64,000 bases of DNA, from the NCBI GenBank assembly GCA_030390025.1, contig JASTWF010000325.1, positions 1-64,000 of the forward strand, read 5' to 3'. The stretch comes from Squalus acanthias. Taxonomy: Eukaryota. The translations under genes were made by a program, and so were the position numbers. Below the pieces are notes generated by a model. It was not told the DNA's origin, made no database searches, and worked only from the letters and a program-made list of their open reading frames with translations. Below are positions 1 to 14,112 of this stretch, in pieces (within the stretch, counting starts at the first letter, position 1; each line of letters begins with the position of its first letter).

Positions 1-3000
1 ACACACACATCACCCAAACACATTGCACCACACTCACTGACACACATCACCCAAACACATTGCACCACACTCACTGACACACTGCACCACACTCACTGAC
101 ACACATCACCCAAACACATTACACCACACTCACTGACACACACATCACCCAAACACATTGCACCACACTCACTGACACACTTCACCCAAACACATTGCAC
201 CACACTCACTGACACACTTCACCCAAACACATTGCACCACACTCACTGACACACTTCACCCAAACACATTGCACCACACTCACTGCCACACTTCACCCAA
301 ACACATTGCACCACACTCACTGACACACTTCACCCAAACACATTGCACCACACTCACTGACACACTTCACCCAAACACATTGCACCACACTCACTGACAC
401 ACTTCACCCAAACGCATTGCACCACACTCACTGACACACTTCACCCAAACACATTGCACCACACTCACTGACACACTTCACCCAAACACATTGCACCACA
501 CTCACTGACACACTTCACCCAAACACATTGCACCACACTCACTGACACACATCACCCAAACACATTGCACCACACTCACTGGCACACACATCGCCCAAAC
601 ACATTGCACCACACTCACTGACACACACATCACCCAAACACATTGCACCACACTCACTGACACACTTCCCCAAAACACATTGCACCACACTCACTGACAC
701 ACTTCACCCAAACACATTGCACCACACTCACTGACACACTTCACCCAAACACATTGCACCACACTCACTGACACACTTCACCCAAACACATTGCACCACA
801 CTCACTGACACACTTCCCCAAACACATTGCACCACACTCACTGACACACACATCACCCAAACACATTGCACCACACTCACTGACACACTTCACCCAAACA
901 CATTGCACCACACTCACTGACACACTTCACCCAAACACATTGCACCACACTCACTGACACACTTCACCCAAACACATTGCACCACACTCACTGACACACA
1001 TCACCCAAACACATTGCACCACACTCACTGACACACTTCACCCAAACACATTGCACCACACTCACTGACACACATCACCCAAACACATTGCACCACACTC
1101 ACTGACACACTTCACCCAAACACATTGCACCACACTCACTGACACACATCACCCAAACACATTGCACCACACTCACTGACACACTTCACCCAAACACATT
1201 GCACCACACTCACTGACACACATCACCCAAACACATTGCACCACACTCACTGACACACATCACCCAAACACATTGCACCACACTCACTGACACACACATC
1301 ACCCAAACACATTGCACCACACTCACTGACACACATCACCCAAACACATTGCACCACACTCACTGACACACATCACCCAAACACATTGCACCACACTCAC
1401 TGACACACATCACCCAAACACATTGCACCACACTCACTGACACACTTCACCCAAACACATTGCACCACACTCACTGACACACACATCACCCAAACACATT
1501 GCACCACACTCACTGACACACTTCACCCAAACACATTGCACCACACTCACTGACACACTTCACCCAAACACATTGCACCACACTCACTGACACACATCAC
1601 CCAAACACATTGCACCACACTCACTGACACACTTCACCCAAACACATTGCACCACACTCACTGACACACACATCACCCAAACACATTGCACCACACTCAC
1701 TGACACACACTTCACCCAAACACATTGCACCACACTCACTGACACACTTCACCCAAACACATTGCACCACACTCACTGACACACATCACCCAAACACATT
1801 GCACCACACTCACTGACACACATCACCCAAACACATTGCACCACACTCACTGACACACATCACCCAAACACATTGCACCACACTCACTGACACACATCAC
1901 CCAAACACATTGCACCACACTCACTGACACACTTCACCCAAACACATTGCACCACACTCACTGACACACTTCACCCAAACACATTGCACCACACTCACTG
2001 ACACACATCACCCAAACACATTGCACCACACTCACTGACACACTTCACCCAAACACATTGCACCACACTCATTGACACACTTCACCCAAACACATTGCAC
2101 CACACTCACTGACACACACATCACCCAAACACATTGCACCACACTCACTGACACACTTCACCCAAACACATTGCACCACACTCACTGACACACTTCACCC
2201 AAACACATTGCACCACACTCACTGACACACTTCACCCAAACACATTGCACCACACTCACTGACACACTTCACCCAAACACATTGCACCACACTCACTGAC
2301 ACACATCACCCAAACACATTGCACCACACTCACTGACACACTTCACCCAAACACATTGCACCACACTCACTGACACACATCACCCAAACACATTGCACCA
2401 CACTCACTGACACACTTCACCCAAACACATTACACCACACTCACTGACACACTTCACCCAAACACATTGCACCACACTCACTGACACACTTCACCCAAAC
2501 ACATTGCACCACACTCACTGACACACTTCCCCAAAACACATTACACCACACTCACTGACACACTTCCCCAAAACACATTACACCACACTCACTGACACAC
2601 ACATCACCCAAGCACATTGCACCACACTCACTGACACACTTCACCCAAACACATTGCATCACACTCACTGATACACTTCACCCAAGCACATTGCACCACA
2701 CTCACTGACACACTTCACCCAAACACATTACACCACACTCACTGACACACACATCACCCAAACACATTGCACCACACTCACTGACACACTTCACCCAGAC
2801 ACATTGCACCACACTCACTGACACACTTCACCCAAACACATTGCACCACACTCACTGACACACTTCACCCAAACACATTGCACCACACTCACTGACACAC
2901 TTCACCCAAACACATTGCACCACACTCACTGACACACTTCACCCAAACACATTGCACCAGACTCATTGACACACTTCACCCAAACACATTGCACCACACT

Positions 3001-5488
3001 CACTGACACACATCACCCAAACACATTACACCACACTCACTGACACACACATCACCCAAACACATTGCACCACACTCACTGACACACTTCACCCAAACAC
3101 ATTGCACCACACTCACTGACACACATCACCCAAGCACATTGCACCACACTCACTGACACACTTCACCCAAACACATTGCATCACACTCACTGATACACTT
3201 CACCCAAACACATTGCACCACACTCACTGACACACACATCACCCAAGCACATTGCACCACACTCACTGACACACTTCCCCCAAACACATTACACCACACT
3301 CACTGACATACTTCCCCAAAACACATTACACAAGACTCATTGACACACTTCACCCAAACACATTGCACCACACTCACTGACACACTTCACCCAAACACAT
3401 TGCACCACACTCACTGACACACACATCACCCAAGCACATTGCACCACACTCACTGACACACACTTCACCCAAACACATTGCACCACACTCACTGACACAC
3501 ATCACCCAAACACATTGCACCACACTCACTGACACACATCACCCAAACACATTGCACCACACTCATTGCCAACATCACCCAAACATATTGCACCACACTC
3601 ACTGACACACATCACCCAAACACATTACACCACACTCACTGACACACTTCACCCAAACACATTGCACCACACTCACTGACACACTTCACCCAAACACATT
3701 GCACCACACTCACTGACACACTTCACCCAAACACATTGCACCACACTCACTGACACACTTCACCCAAACACATTGCACCAGACTCATTGACACACTTCAC
3801 CCAAACACATTGCACCACACTCACTGACACACACGTCACCCAAACATATTGCACCACACTCACTGAAACACATCACCCAAACACATTACACCACACTCAC
3901 TGAAACACTTCACCCAAACACATTGCACCACACTCACTGACACACTTCACCCAAACACATTGCACCACACTCACTGACATACTTCCCCAAAACACATTAC
4001 ACCAGACTCATTGACACACTTCACCCAAACACATTGCACCACACTCACTGACACACTTCACCCAAACACATTGCACCACACTCACTGACACACTTCACCC
4101 AAACACATTGCACCACACTCACTGACACACTTCACCCAAACACATTGCACCACACTCACTGACACACTTCCCCAAAACACATTACACCACAGTCATTGAC
4201 ACACTTCACCCAAACACATTGCACCACACTCACTGACACACATCACCCAAACACATTGCACCACACTCACTGACACACATCACCCAAACACATTGCACCA
4301 CACTCACTGACACACATCACCCAAACACATTGCACCACACTCACTGACACACTTCACCCAAACACATTGCACCACACTCACTGACACACATCACCCAAAC
4401 ACATTGCACCACACTCACTGACACACATCACCCAAACACATTACACCACACTCACTGACACACACATCACCCAAAAACATTGCACCACACTCACTGACAC
4501 ACACATCACCCAAACACATTGCACCACACTCACTGACACACACATCACCCAAACACATTGCACCACACTCACTGACACACACATCACCCAAAAACATTGC
4601 ACCACACTCACTGACACACATCACCCAAACACATTACACCACACTCACTGACACACACATCACCCAAACACATTGCACCACACTCACTGACACACACATC
4701 ACCCAAACACATTGCACCACACTCACTGACACACTTCACCCAAACACATTGCACCACACTCACTGACACACTTCCCCAAAACACATTACACCACACTCAC
4801 TGACACACTTCCCCAAAACACATTACACCACAGTCACTGACACACTTCACCCAAACACATTGCACCACACTCACTGACACACATCACCCAAACACATTGC
4901 ACCACACTCACTGACACACATCACCCAAACACATTGCACCACACTCACTGACACACATCACCCAAACACATTGCACCACACTCACTGACACACACATCAC
5001 ACAAACACATTGCACCACACCCACTGACACACTTCACCCAAACACATTGCACCACACTCACTGACACAATTCACCCATACACATTGCACCACACTCACTG
5101 ACACACATCACCCAAACACATTACACCACACTCACTGACACACACATCACCCAAACACATTGCACCACACTCACTGACACACACATCACCCAAACACATT
5201 GCACCACACTCACTGACACACACATCACCCAAACACATTGCACCACACTCACTGACACACTTCACCCAAACACATTGCACCACACTCACTGACACACACA
5301 TCACCCAAACACATTGCACCACACTCACTGACACACTTCACCCAAACACATTGCACCACACTCACTGACACACATCACCCAAACACATTACACCACACTC
5401 ACTGACACACACTTCACCCAAACACATTGCACCACACTCACTGACACACTTCACCCAAACACATTGCACCACACTCACTGACACACTT
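1..5488. repeat. 37-bp (39-bp variant) minisatellite, unit ACACACTTCACCCAAACACATTGCACCACACTCACTG; lies in the intron before a Harbinger Myb-gene exon
   Basis: Period read directly (TTCACCCAAA at 181 and 218); array runs into the splice acceptor CTTTCTCTTGCAG at 5491-5503. Confidence 0.97.
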
Positions 5489-5503
5489 CCCTTTCTCTTG
5501 CAG

Positions 5504-8500
5504 GAAAAGGTGGCGCATAACGAGCGCCAGCCGAACCCACCTGGCGGGGGACAGACTTGCCAGCATTACCTCACCCCCGTGGAGGAGACGGTGCTGGCCA
5601 TTATTGGGAGGGGTATGACTGAGTCCGTGGCCAGTGGCGGGGCTGAAAGAATACAAGATGCCGGTATCCTTATACATTATCCTCCTTCTCACATCCCACT
5701 TCCCCCTTATCCCACAATCTTCTGGTTTACGATCTGCACATGGTGTAAGCAGCACCTCTTGCTTTCCCCTCTCCGCTCACCACAACCCGATCCTTGTGCC
5801 TTTCTCATTTCAGACATCCAAGAAATCCAACCTGCCCAGCCAGTGGTTGTAGAAGAAGAGGGAGAGGAGAATGATGAAGAAGAAGAAACACCGTCACTCG
5901 ATTTCACACTCGCAGCCAGCAGCTCAGATACTGGCACTGTGCAGAGTTTAGAGGGTAGCTTAGAGGCGGGAACTACACGTGGTGAATCACCGGGCATGAG
6001 TGGCCTGCAGCCAGACCAGGGGAAATGGTAGCTCCAGTGCCAGCTCCCCAGAGGGCGAGGGCGTACATGAGTTCTGCTTCACAGGACTCAGATGAAGACT
6101 CCGATGGGGCGGCCTACAGAAGAAGGCTGATGACACAAATAACCTCCCAGAGATGTTGGGGAACATAGGGTCTGATGAAAGGGAGGAACTGAAAATAATC
6201 AGTATTTGCAGGCAAATGGTGTTAGGGAAATTGACGGGATTGAAGGCCGATAAATCCCCAGGGCCTGATAATCTACATCCTAGGGTACTTAAGGAAGTGG
6301 CCCTAGAAATAGTAGATGCATTGCTGATCATCTTCCAACATTCGATGGAATCTGAAACTGTACCCATGGATTGGAGGGTAGCTAATGTTACCCCACTATT
6401 CAAAAAGGGTGGTAGAGAGAAAGCGGGGAATTACAGACCAGTAAGCCTGACATCGGTAGTGGGGAAAATGCTAGAGTCCATTATAAAGGATGTAATAGCT
6501 GAGCACTTAGAAAACAGTGACAGGATCGGACAAAGTCAACATGGATTTACAAAAGGTAAATCGTGCTTGACTAATCTACTGGAATTTTTTGAGGATGTAA
6601 CTGGTAAAATAGATAAGGGAGAACCAGTAGATGTGGTGTATTTGGACTTTCAAAAGGCTTTCGATAAGGTCCCGCATAAGAGATTAGCGTGTAAAGTTAA
6701 GGCACATGGGATTGGGGGCAAGGTATTGACTTGGATAGAGAACTGGTTGGCGGACAGAAAGCAGAGAGTAGGAATTAATGGGTCTTTTTCCGAGTGGCAG
6801 GCAGTGACTAGTGGGGTACCGCAGGGATTGGTCCTTGGACCCCAGCTATTCACAATATACATTAATGATCTAGATAAGGGAACTAAATGTAATATCTCCA
6901 AGTTTGCAGATGACACAAAGCTGGGTGGTCGTGTGTGCTGTGAGGAGGATACCGAGAAACTCCAGGATGATTTGGACAGGTTGGGTGAGTGGGCAGAAGT
7001 GTGGCAGATGCAATATAACGTGGATAAATGCGAGGTTATCCACTTTGGTGTCAAAAACAGAAAGGCAGACTATTATCTGAATGACAATAGATTGGGAGAA
7101 GGGGAAGTGCAACGAGACCTGGGTGTCCTTGTGCACCAGTTGCTGAAGGTAAGCATGCAGGTGCAGCAGGTGGTGAAGAAGGCAAATGGTATGTTGGCGA
7201 AAGGGTTTGAGTATAGGAACAGGGATGTCCTGCTGCAGTTGTACAGGACCTTGGTGAGACCACACCTTGAGTACTGTGTGCAGTTTTGGTTGCCTTATCT
7301 GAGGAAGGATGTTCTTGCCATGGAAGGAGTTCAGCGAAGATTCACAAGGCTGATACCTGGGATGGCAGGAATGACATATGAGGAGAGATTGGGTCGATTG
7401 GGCTTATACTCGCTGGAGTATAGAAGAATGAGAGGGGATCTCATCGAAACATATAAAATTCTGACAGGTCTGGACAAACTAGATGCAGGAAGAATGTTCC
7501 CGATGGTCGGAGAGTCCAGAACCAGGGGTCATAATCTAAGGATAAGGGGTAAGCCATTTAGGACAGAAATGAGGAAGAATTTCTTCACCCAGAGAGTGGT
7601 GAACCTGTGGAATTCTCTACCACAGAAGGTAGTTGAGGCCAAGTCATTAAATATATTCAAGAAGGAGTTGGATATATTTCTTAAGGCTAAAGGGATCAAG
7701 GGATATGGGGAGAAGGCAGGTACAGGGTACTGAGTTTGGATGATCAGCCATGATCTCATCGAATGGCGGAGCAGGCTCGAGGGGCCGAATGGCCTACTCC
7801 TGCTCCTATCTTCTATGTTTCTATGTTTCTGTGGGTATGCACAATGAAATGCTTGGTTCATTGGCAGGCCCTGCCAGAAAGCCTGAGTGCAATGTCAAGG
7901 AACCTGGAGGAGTCCGGCACCAACCTTGCACAGGGCTTTGCGCAGAGTTTGGAGCCCATCCTTTCCAGTGTGGAAGGGGTGGGCAGATCCATTAGCGCAC
8001 TTGTGGACCCAACCATCATGCCGTGGCTGATGGCCGAAGTCTCCGCTTCCAATGCGACACAAGCACAAGCCACCCAACATCGGAGTGAGGCAATGGAAGC
8101 TCAGACTGCTGCCACGAAAGTTGAGACTGCTGCCATCATGGCTGTGTTTACCAGTGTAGGAAAGGGGTTTGCAGGGTGTCACAGCAGTCCATCAATCTGT
8201 TCTCTAACAGATCAGTAGGATTGCTGAGGTGCCGCCCCGGGGGAGTGTCAGTGGCTCCGTGGAGCACGAACCTGCTGTCCTCTCTCAGGGTGACAGCTTT
8301 CGTCCTCCCACCACTGCCACTCTGCCAGTGCCCTTGCTGTTGCCAGTCAGTCAGTCAGCACAGACTGCAGCCGCCCAGGCCAAGGTGGTGCAATCTGTAG
8401 CCGGGCCTTCTAGGCCCAGTCCTACAAGGCCATCTGCAGTCTCCCCCACTGAAAGTCAGCAGCCTTCCACCAGCCATGCTGCAGCCACTGGGGTAGCACT

Positions 8501-8570
8501 GCGTAGGAGCACTAGAATAGGCAAAGAAACACTGAAGACAGGCACTACGGGAATGCACAAGGGTGATTAG
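5504..8570 (+). pseudogene. Degenerate Harbinger Myb/SANT-like gene (exon 5504-5663; last exon from 5814, split by a CR1 insertion)
   Basis: EKVAHNERQ..GGGQ, GMHNEMLGSL and AGPSRP..QQPSTSHAAATGVALRRSTR match the intact Myb gene at 18044-19866; GT/AG sites at equivalent positions; stops and frameshifts present. Confidence 0.85.
6133..7830 (+). mobile_element. 5'-truncated CR1 LINE; reverse transcriptase ORF 6153-7733
   Basis: KSPGPD, NYRPVSLTS, YLDFQKAFD, GVPQG, KFADD motifs; 3' (ATGTTTCT)n tail. Confidence 0.95.
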
Positions 8571-8600
8571 TTGATTTTGTTAGGTTATGTTCAATTGATT

Positions 8601-9073
8601 CCACGTTCACCCATCACCCCTGTGCTCGCTGACCTACATTGACTCCCGCTTAAGCAACGCCTCGATTTCAAAATTCTCATCCTTGTTTTCAAATCCCTCC
8701 ATGGCCTCGCCCCTCCCTATCTCTGTAATCTCCTTCAGCTCCACAAACCCCTCCGAGATATCTGCGCTCCTCTAATTCTGCCCTCTTGAGCATCCCTGAT
8801 TATAATCGCTCAACTATTGGCGACCGTGCCTTCTGTTGCCTCGGCCCTAAGCTCTGGAATTCCCTGCCAAAACCTCTCTGCCTCTCTACCTCTCTTTCCT
8901 CCTTTAAGACGCTGTTTAAAATTTACCTCATTGATCAAGTTTTTGGTCATCCGCCCTAATTTCTCCTTATGTGGCTCAGCGTCAAATTTTTTTGTCTTTT
9001 AATACGCCTGTGAAGCACCTTGGGACGTTTTACTACGTTAAAGGCGCTATATAAATACAAGTTGTTGTTGTTG
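8601..9073 (+). mobile_element. L2-type LINE 3' fragment
   Basis: Encodes degenerate ITPVLADLH..FKILILVFKSLHGLAPPYL..KLWNSLP; (GTT)n tail; near-copy at 22200-22850. Confidence 0.8.
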
Positions 9074-9109
9074 ATTGATGGATGAAGTTGTATTGGAATA
9101 TGTTCTTAT

Positions 9110-9255
9110 AGATAAGGGAGTGAAGGGTTATGGGGAGCGGGCGGGGGAGTGGCTTTGAGCCCAAGATCAGCCATGATCTTATTGAATGGCGGAGCAGGCT
9201 CGAGGGGCCAAGTGGCCTATTCCTGCTCCTATTTCTTATGTTCTTATGTTCTTAT
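9110..9255 (+). mobile_element. CR1 3'-end fragment
   Basis: Matches 7690-7830; (TTCTTATG)n tail. Confidence 0.8.
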
Positions 9256-9368
9256 TTCTTTTGTGGTGGCTTTTATTTCAGCATTGTGGCCAAGCGGACG
9301 CTTTGATGGTCAGTAACAGAGTGAAGGTAAGGTGTGGGACTATTGTTGAATGGGGAATTGGGGTTTTG

Positions 9369-9455
9369 TTTACTCGTACCGCAGTCGGATGAGTCGATCC
9401 TGGACAGCCAGGGCAGAAAAGGGCTGTCTGGGTTGCCTCCTCCCCTCCGCTTCCA
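9369..9455 (-). pseudogene. Harbinger transposase C-terminal remnant, convergent with the Myb gene at 5504-8570
   Basis: Translates EAEGRRQ..AVQDRLIRLRYE*, compare AVRQRLIASRF* of the intact transposase. Confidence 0.6.
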
Positions 9456-9459
9456 CCAT

Positions 9460-9770
9460 AGAGAGCATTCAGTGTAGCTTGACCAGGATGATATCGGGGA
9501 AGGGAAACTATAGTCATGAGGAGAAACTGGGACTATATCTACTGGAGCAGAAAAGGGTAAGAGGAGGCTGAATAAAGGTTTTTAAAATTAAGAAAGTGTT
9601 TGATTTCCTCTGGTAGGGGAGTTTGTGAGAAGGTCACCAAGAGACTGAGCAAAGAGTAGGAGAGATTTCTTTCCTCTGAGGGTTGTTGGAGCATGGATGC
9701 TTTGCCACAGGGAATAGTTGAGGCAGTGATCAATGCATCTTTTAAAGGAAAATTGGTAAATATTTGAAGC
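9460..9770 (+). mobile_element. Old degenerate CR1 3' fragment (target of the Gypsy insertion; continues after 14112)
   Basis: ESIQCSLTRMI..EEKLGLYLLEQKRVRG resembles the CR1 ORF2 C-terminus. Confidence 0.65.
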
Positions 9771-12700
9771 TGTGACGGATCGCCACCTAAACGGGCATTA
9801 TCCACTTTTCCGTCCGTGGACAATATATCGAGCACCTTCCCTTTAAGGCACCTTACCTTTAAGGCAGGAGTGGGCGGGGCCTCAGGGTTTTTCCAGAGAA
9901 TTCTGGGAGCAGTCTGTTCAGCCATTTTCTACCATGCTGTTGTATTTTAAAAGTCTCTTGTTTTCCACACATGGATTCAGCCTTAATTCGTGTTTCGCGG
10001 CAGCCTCAACATTGGTGACCCCGACGTTCAGAACGTATTCAGAGCACTGCAATGGCGGACACGAACGCAGTTTCCGTGAAACTGCCGGAGTTTTGGGAAA
10101 ACCAGCCTGAAGCCTGGTTTCTCCAAGCTGAATCTCGCTTCCGGCTGCAAAACATCACCACAGATGGAACGAAGTACGACTATCTCGTCACATCACTCGG
10201 TAGCGCCACAGTTTCGAAGGTTTGGACAGCGCTGCAGAACCCACCAGAGGAAGGCAAGTACGCACATCTCAAGACAGCGCTCCTTAAAAAATTTACGGCC
10301 TCGGCATATCAGCGAAACTGCCACCTCCTCGACCTTCCAGGCCTCGGTGATGTCTCACCGTCAGACCTCCTCTCCCTCACCGACGAGAGCCCACCCGGAT
10401 TCTTCTTCCGCACGCTGTTCATCCGTCAGCTCCCTCTCAGCATCCGCCCAGCGATCGTGGCGTCCGGCCTCACGAACCTGGAAGCCCTGGCCGATGAGGC
10501 CGACAAGCTGCTGTCCGCTCACTCCAGCCGCGACGACACTCCGGACCTGGCAGCCATTGCCTGGGCGCGCCCCTCACCGGCCACCACGCGGCCACAAGGG
10601 CCTGCCACCAGGCCCATGGGGCCTTCACGCCCCACTAACCTGGGCCACTGTTACTACCACGCACGGTTCGGCGCCAGGGCACAACGGTGCACACCTCCCT
10701 ACTCTTTCAAGTCCGCCCCCGTACCAGCCCCCGCGATGGCCGTGGGCCACGCGGGCTCCCTGCTGTTCGTCACGAATGACAAAACCAGCCGCCGGTTCCT
10801 GTACGACACTGGGGCTCAGCACAGCATCATCCCGGCCTCCTCCCTCGACATCCAAAAGGGCGAACGAGGACCGGCGCTGGCTGCTGCTAACGGCTCGGAA
10901 ATCTGGACGTATGGCACCCGGACAGTCACCCTCGACCTCGCTGGTCGCCGCTACCGATGGGAGTTCATCACTGCCAAGGTGCTCTCCCCTCTCATCGGCG
11001 CAGATTTCCTGTGCGCCCACGGCCTACTGGTAGACATTCCTTGTCACCGCCTCGTGGACATGAACACCATGTCCCCCATCCTGGGCGCCATGGCCCCCCG
11101 TCAACCCGCCGACATGGCGTCACAGTGCCACGCCCGGGCCACGGATGACTACTCGGCACTCCTGGCCGAATTCCCGGCCCTTACCAATCCGACCTTCTCC
11201 GCGGAGGCCGCCAAACACGGGGTGGAACACTTCATCCCCACCACAGGCCCCCCAGTGTAAGCCCACACCCGCAGGCTGGACCCGGCCAAACTAGAGATCG
11301 CGCGGACCGAGTTTGCCACCATGGAACAGCTCGGCATCATCTGCCGCTCCAACAGTCCCTGGGCCTCCCCACTCCACATCGCCCCCAAACCAGGCGGAGG
11401 TTGGCGCCCCTGCGGGGATTACCGCCACCTCAACGACGCCACCACCCCTGATCGGTACCCCGTGCCGCACATTCAGGACTTCTCGACTAGACTGGCCGGC
11501 CGCTCAGTCTTTTCCAAGGTCGACCTGGTGCGCGGCTACCACCAAGTCCCCGTCCACCCCTCGGACATCCCCAAGATGGCCGTAATCACCCCCTTCGGCC
11601 TGTTGGAGTTCCTGCGGATGCCCTTCGGCCTCAAAAACGCGGCCCAGGCATTCCAACGGCTCATGGACTCGGTGCTTCGGGACCTGAAGTTCCTGTTCGT
11701 CTACCTGGACGACATCCTGGTAGCCAGTTCCTCCAAGCAGGAACACCTCGAACACCTTCGCATCCTGCTCGGGCGCCTCAGCGACCACGGGCTCATCCTC
11801 AGCCCAGCCAAATGCCAGTTCGGCCTGGACAAGATCGACTTCCTCGGTCACCACATCACCCATGCTGGGGCCATTCCCCTGCCCACCAAGGTGCAGGCCG
11901 TCCAACAATTTCCCCGCCCCACCACCATCAAAGGCCTCCAGGAGTTCCTCGGGATGGTGAATTTCTATAACCGCTTCATCCCCAAAGCGGCGTCCCTCAT
12001 GAGGCCCCTGTATGAAGCCCTCCGGGGCAGGAGCGGCAAGATGGCAGTCGAATGGATGGCAGACGCGTCCGCCGCCTTCGATTCCACCAAGACCGCGCTC
12101 GCCAACGCCACCCTGCTCGCGCACCCACGGCCCAATGCCAGGGTAGCGCTCACCACAGACGCCTCCGACCACGCGGTCGGCGCCGTGTATGAGCAGTGGG
12201 TCGACGGCGCCTGGCAACCACTTGCCTTCTTCAGCCGCCAACTACGCCCCCCGGAGGTCAAGTACAGCACCTTCGACCGCGAGCTCCTCGCGCTGTTCCT
12301 GGCGGTCCGCCATTTCCGGTTTTTGCTTGAGGGCCACCCCTTCACTGTGTTTGTCGACCACAAGCCCCTGACATTCGCAATGGCAAAGACAACCGACCCC
12401 TGGTCCGCCAGGCAGCAGCGCCAGCTCACGGCAGTGTCCGAGTTCACCACGGACATCCAACACGTCTCCGGCCGAGACAATGTGGTAGCCGACTGCCTCT
12501 CCCGCCCCGCCATCCACGCCGCACACCTGGCAGTCGACTACGCTCAACTCGCAGCAGACCAGATCACCGACCCTGATCTGCTCTCCGCACCCACCAACCT
12601 ACCAGGGCTACGCCTGGCCGACGTCGCCTGTGGCCCGACCGCAGTCACGGTCAAGTGCGACATATCCCTATGTCAACCTCGGCCCGTTGTCCCAGCGTCC

Positions 12701-14112
12701 TGGCGCCGCCGGGTATTCGACATTCTCCACAACCTCTCCCACCCCGGCGCCCGCGCAGCCATCAAATTGGTAGCCAAGCGGTTCGTCTGGCGCGGCCTTC
12801 GCAAGGATGAGCGTACTTGGGCCAACTCCTGCCTAGCCTGCCAACGGACCAAGGTACAGCAACACAAAAAGCACCCCTCAAGGAGTTTACCGTCCCCTCG
12901 CGGAGATTCGACCACATCCACGTGGACATCGTCGGGCCCCTGCCGCCATCGCAAGGCCACACGCACTTGCTGACCATCGTTGACCGCACCACACGCTGGC
13001 CCGAGGCAATTCCACTGACCTCTACCACCACCGCCGACATCGCCAGAGCCTTCGTCAGCACCTGGGTCGCACGGTTCGGCGTCCCCTCCGACATGACGTC
13101 GGACAGAGGTCCGCAATTTACCTCTGAACTCTAGACCGCCGTCGCACTCAATCTCGGGGTGACCATTCACCGCACCACAGCATACCACCCCCAAGCCAAC
13201 AGACTGTGTGAGCAGTTCCACAGATCCTTGAAGGCATCTCTTCGAGCCAGCCTCCAGGACGGCACCTGGACCGACCGACTTCCGTGGGTCCTCCTCGGCC
13301 TGCGCACTGCGGTTAAAGAAGACCTCCACGCATCAGCAGCAGAGCGCGTGTACGGTCAGCCGCTGCGTGTACCCGGCGAGTTCCTGCCCACCGCCTCGAC
13401 ACCCTGGTCAGCCGACCAGCAACGCCACGACTTCACCTCACCGGCACTGCAGTTCGCCCCGGTGCCCATTGCCCGACACGGCGAATCCACCTCACACGTC
13501 CCACTAAGCCTGCACCAGGCACGGTTCATTTTCGTCCGGCACGACGCCCACCGCGGACCCCTTCAACCCCCGTACGACGGGCCCTACAAGGTGCTACAGG
13601 CTGGGGACAAATTTTTCACCCTGCAAGTGGGCGACAGGACCGAAAAAGTGTCGGTTGACCGACTCAAGCCAGCACACTCGGAGCCCGGTGAGCAGGTCCC
13701 TGTAGCTCGTCCACCTCCACGCAGCCGACCTGCCTTCCAGCCAGTTCACCCGGCTGCTCCACGCCCGGCCGTTCCACGTCCACCGGCGTCCTACAAGAGC
13801 CGCTCCGGCCGGCCCATCAGACCGCCGCACCGTCTCGTCCACACCTCCTAAGTGGATTCTGGGGGGAGCTGTGTGGCGGATCGCCACCTAAACGGGCATT
13901 ATCCACTTTTCCGTCCGTGGACAATATATCGAGCACCTTCCCTTTAAGGCACCTTACCTTTAAGGCAGGAGTGGGCGGGGCCTCAGGCTTTTTCCAGGGA
14001 GTTCTGGGAGCAGTCTGTTCAGCCTTTTTGTACCATGCTGTTGTATTAAACAAGTCTCTTGTTTTCCACACATGGATTCAGCCTTAATTCGTGTTTCGCG
14101 GCAGCATCAACA
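9771..14112 (+). mobile_element. Full-length Ty3/Gypsy LTR retrotransposon, CsRn1-like, inactivated
   Basis: 241-bp TG..CA LTRs 9771-10011 and 13872-14112 (~10 mismatches by eye); AAGC TSD; PBS TGGTGACCCCGACGT (tRNA-Trp) at 10013; polypurine tract GGGGGGAG before the 3' LTR. Confidence 0.97.
10052..13851 (+). pseudogene. Gypsy gag-pol (Gag, protease, RT, RNase H, integrase) with in-frame stops at 11258 and 13132 and a frameshift near 12870
   Basis: CYYH-x9-C motif, FLYDTGA, YLDD, TDASD..DHKPL, HPG..CLAC, HVDIVGP, SDRGPQF, PYDGPY. Confidence 0.95.

Noticed and set aside
1..5488. CRISPR-like 37-bp periodicity and small Cys-rich ORFs
   Set aside because: Head-to-tail units with no unique spacers, no cas genes, eukaryotic context
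11258..11260. Programmed readthrough in the Gypsy gag-pol
   Set aside because: The TAA lies after the protease within PPVxAxxRRL, has no readthrough context, and the copy has other lesions; best read as a nonsense mutation
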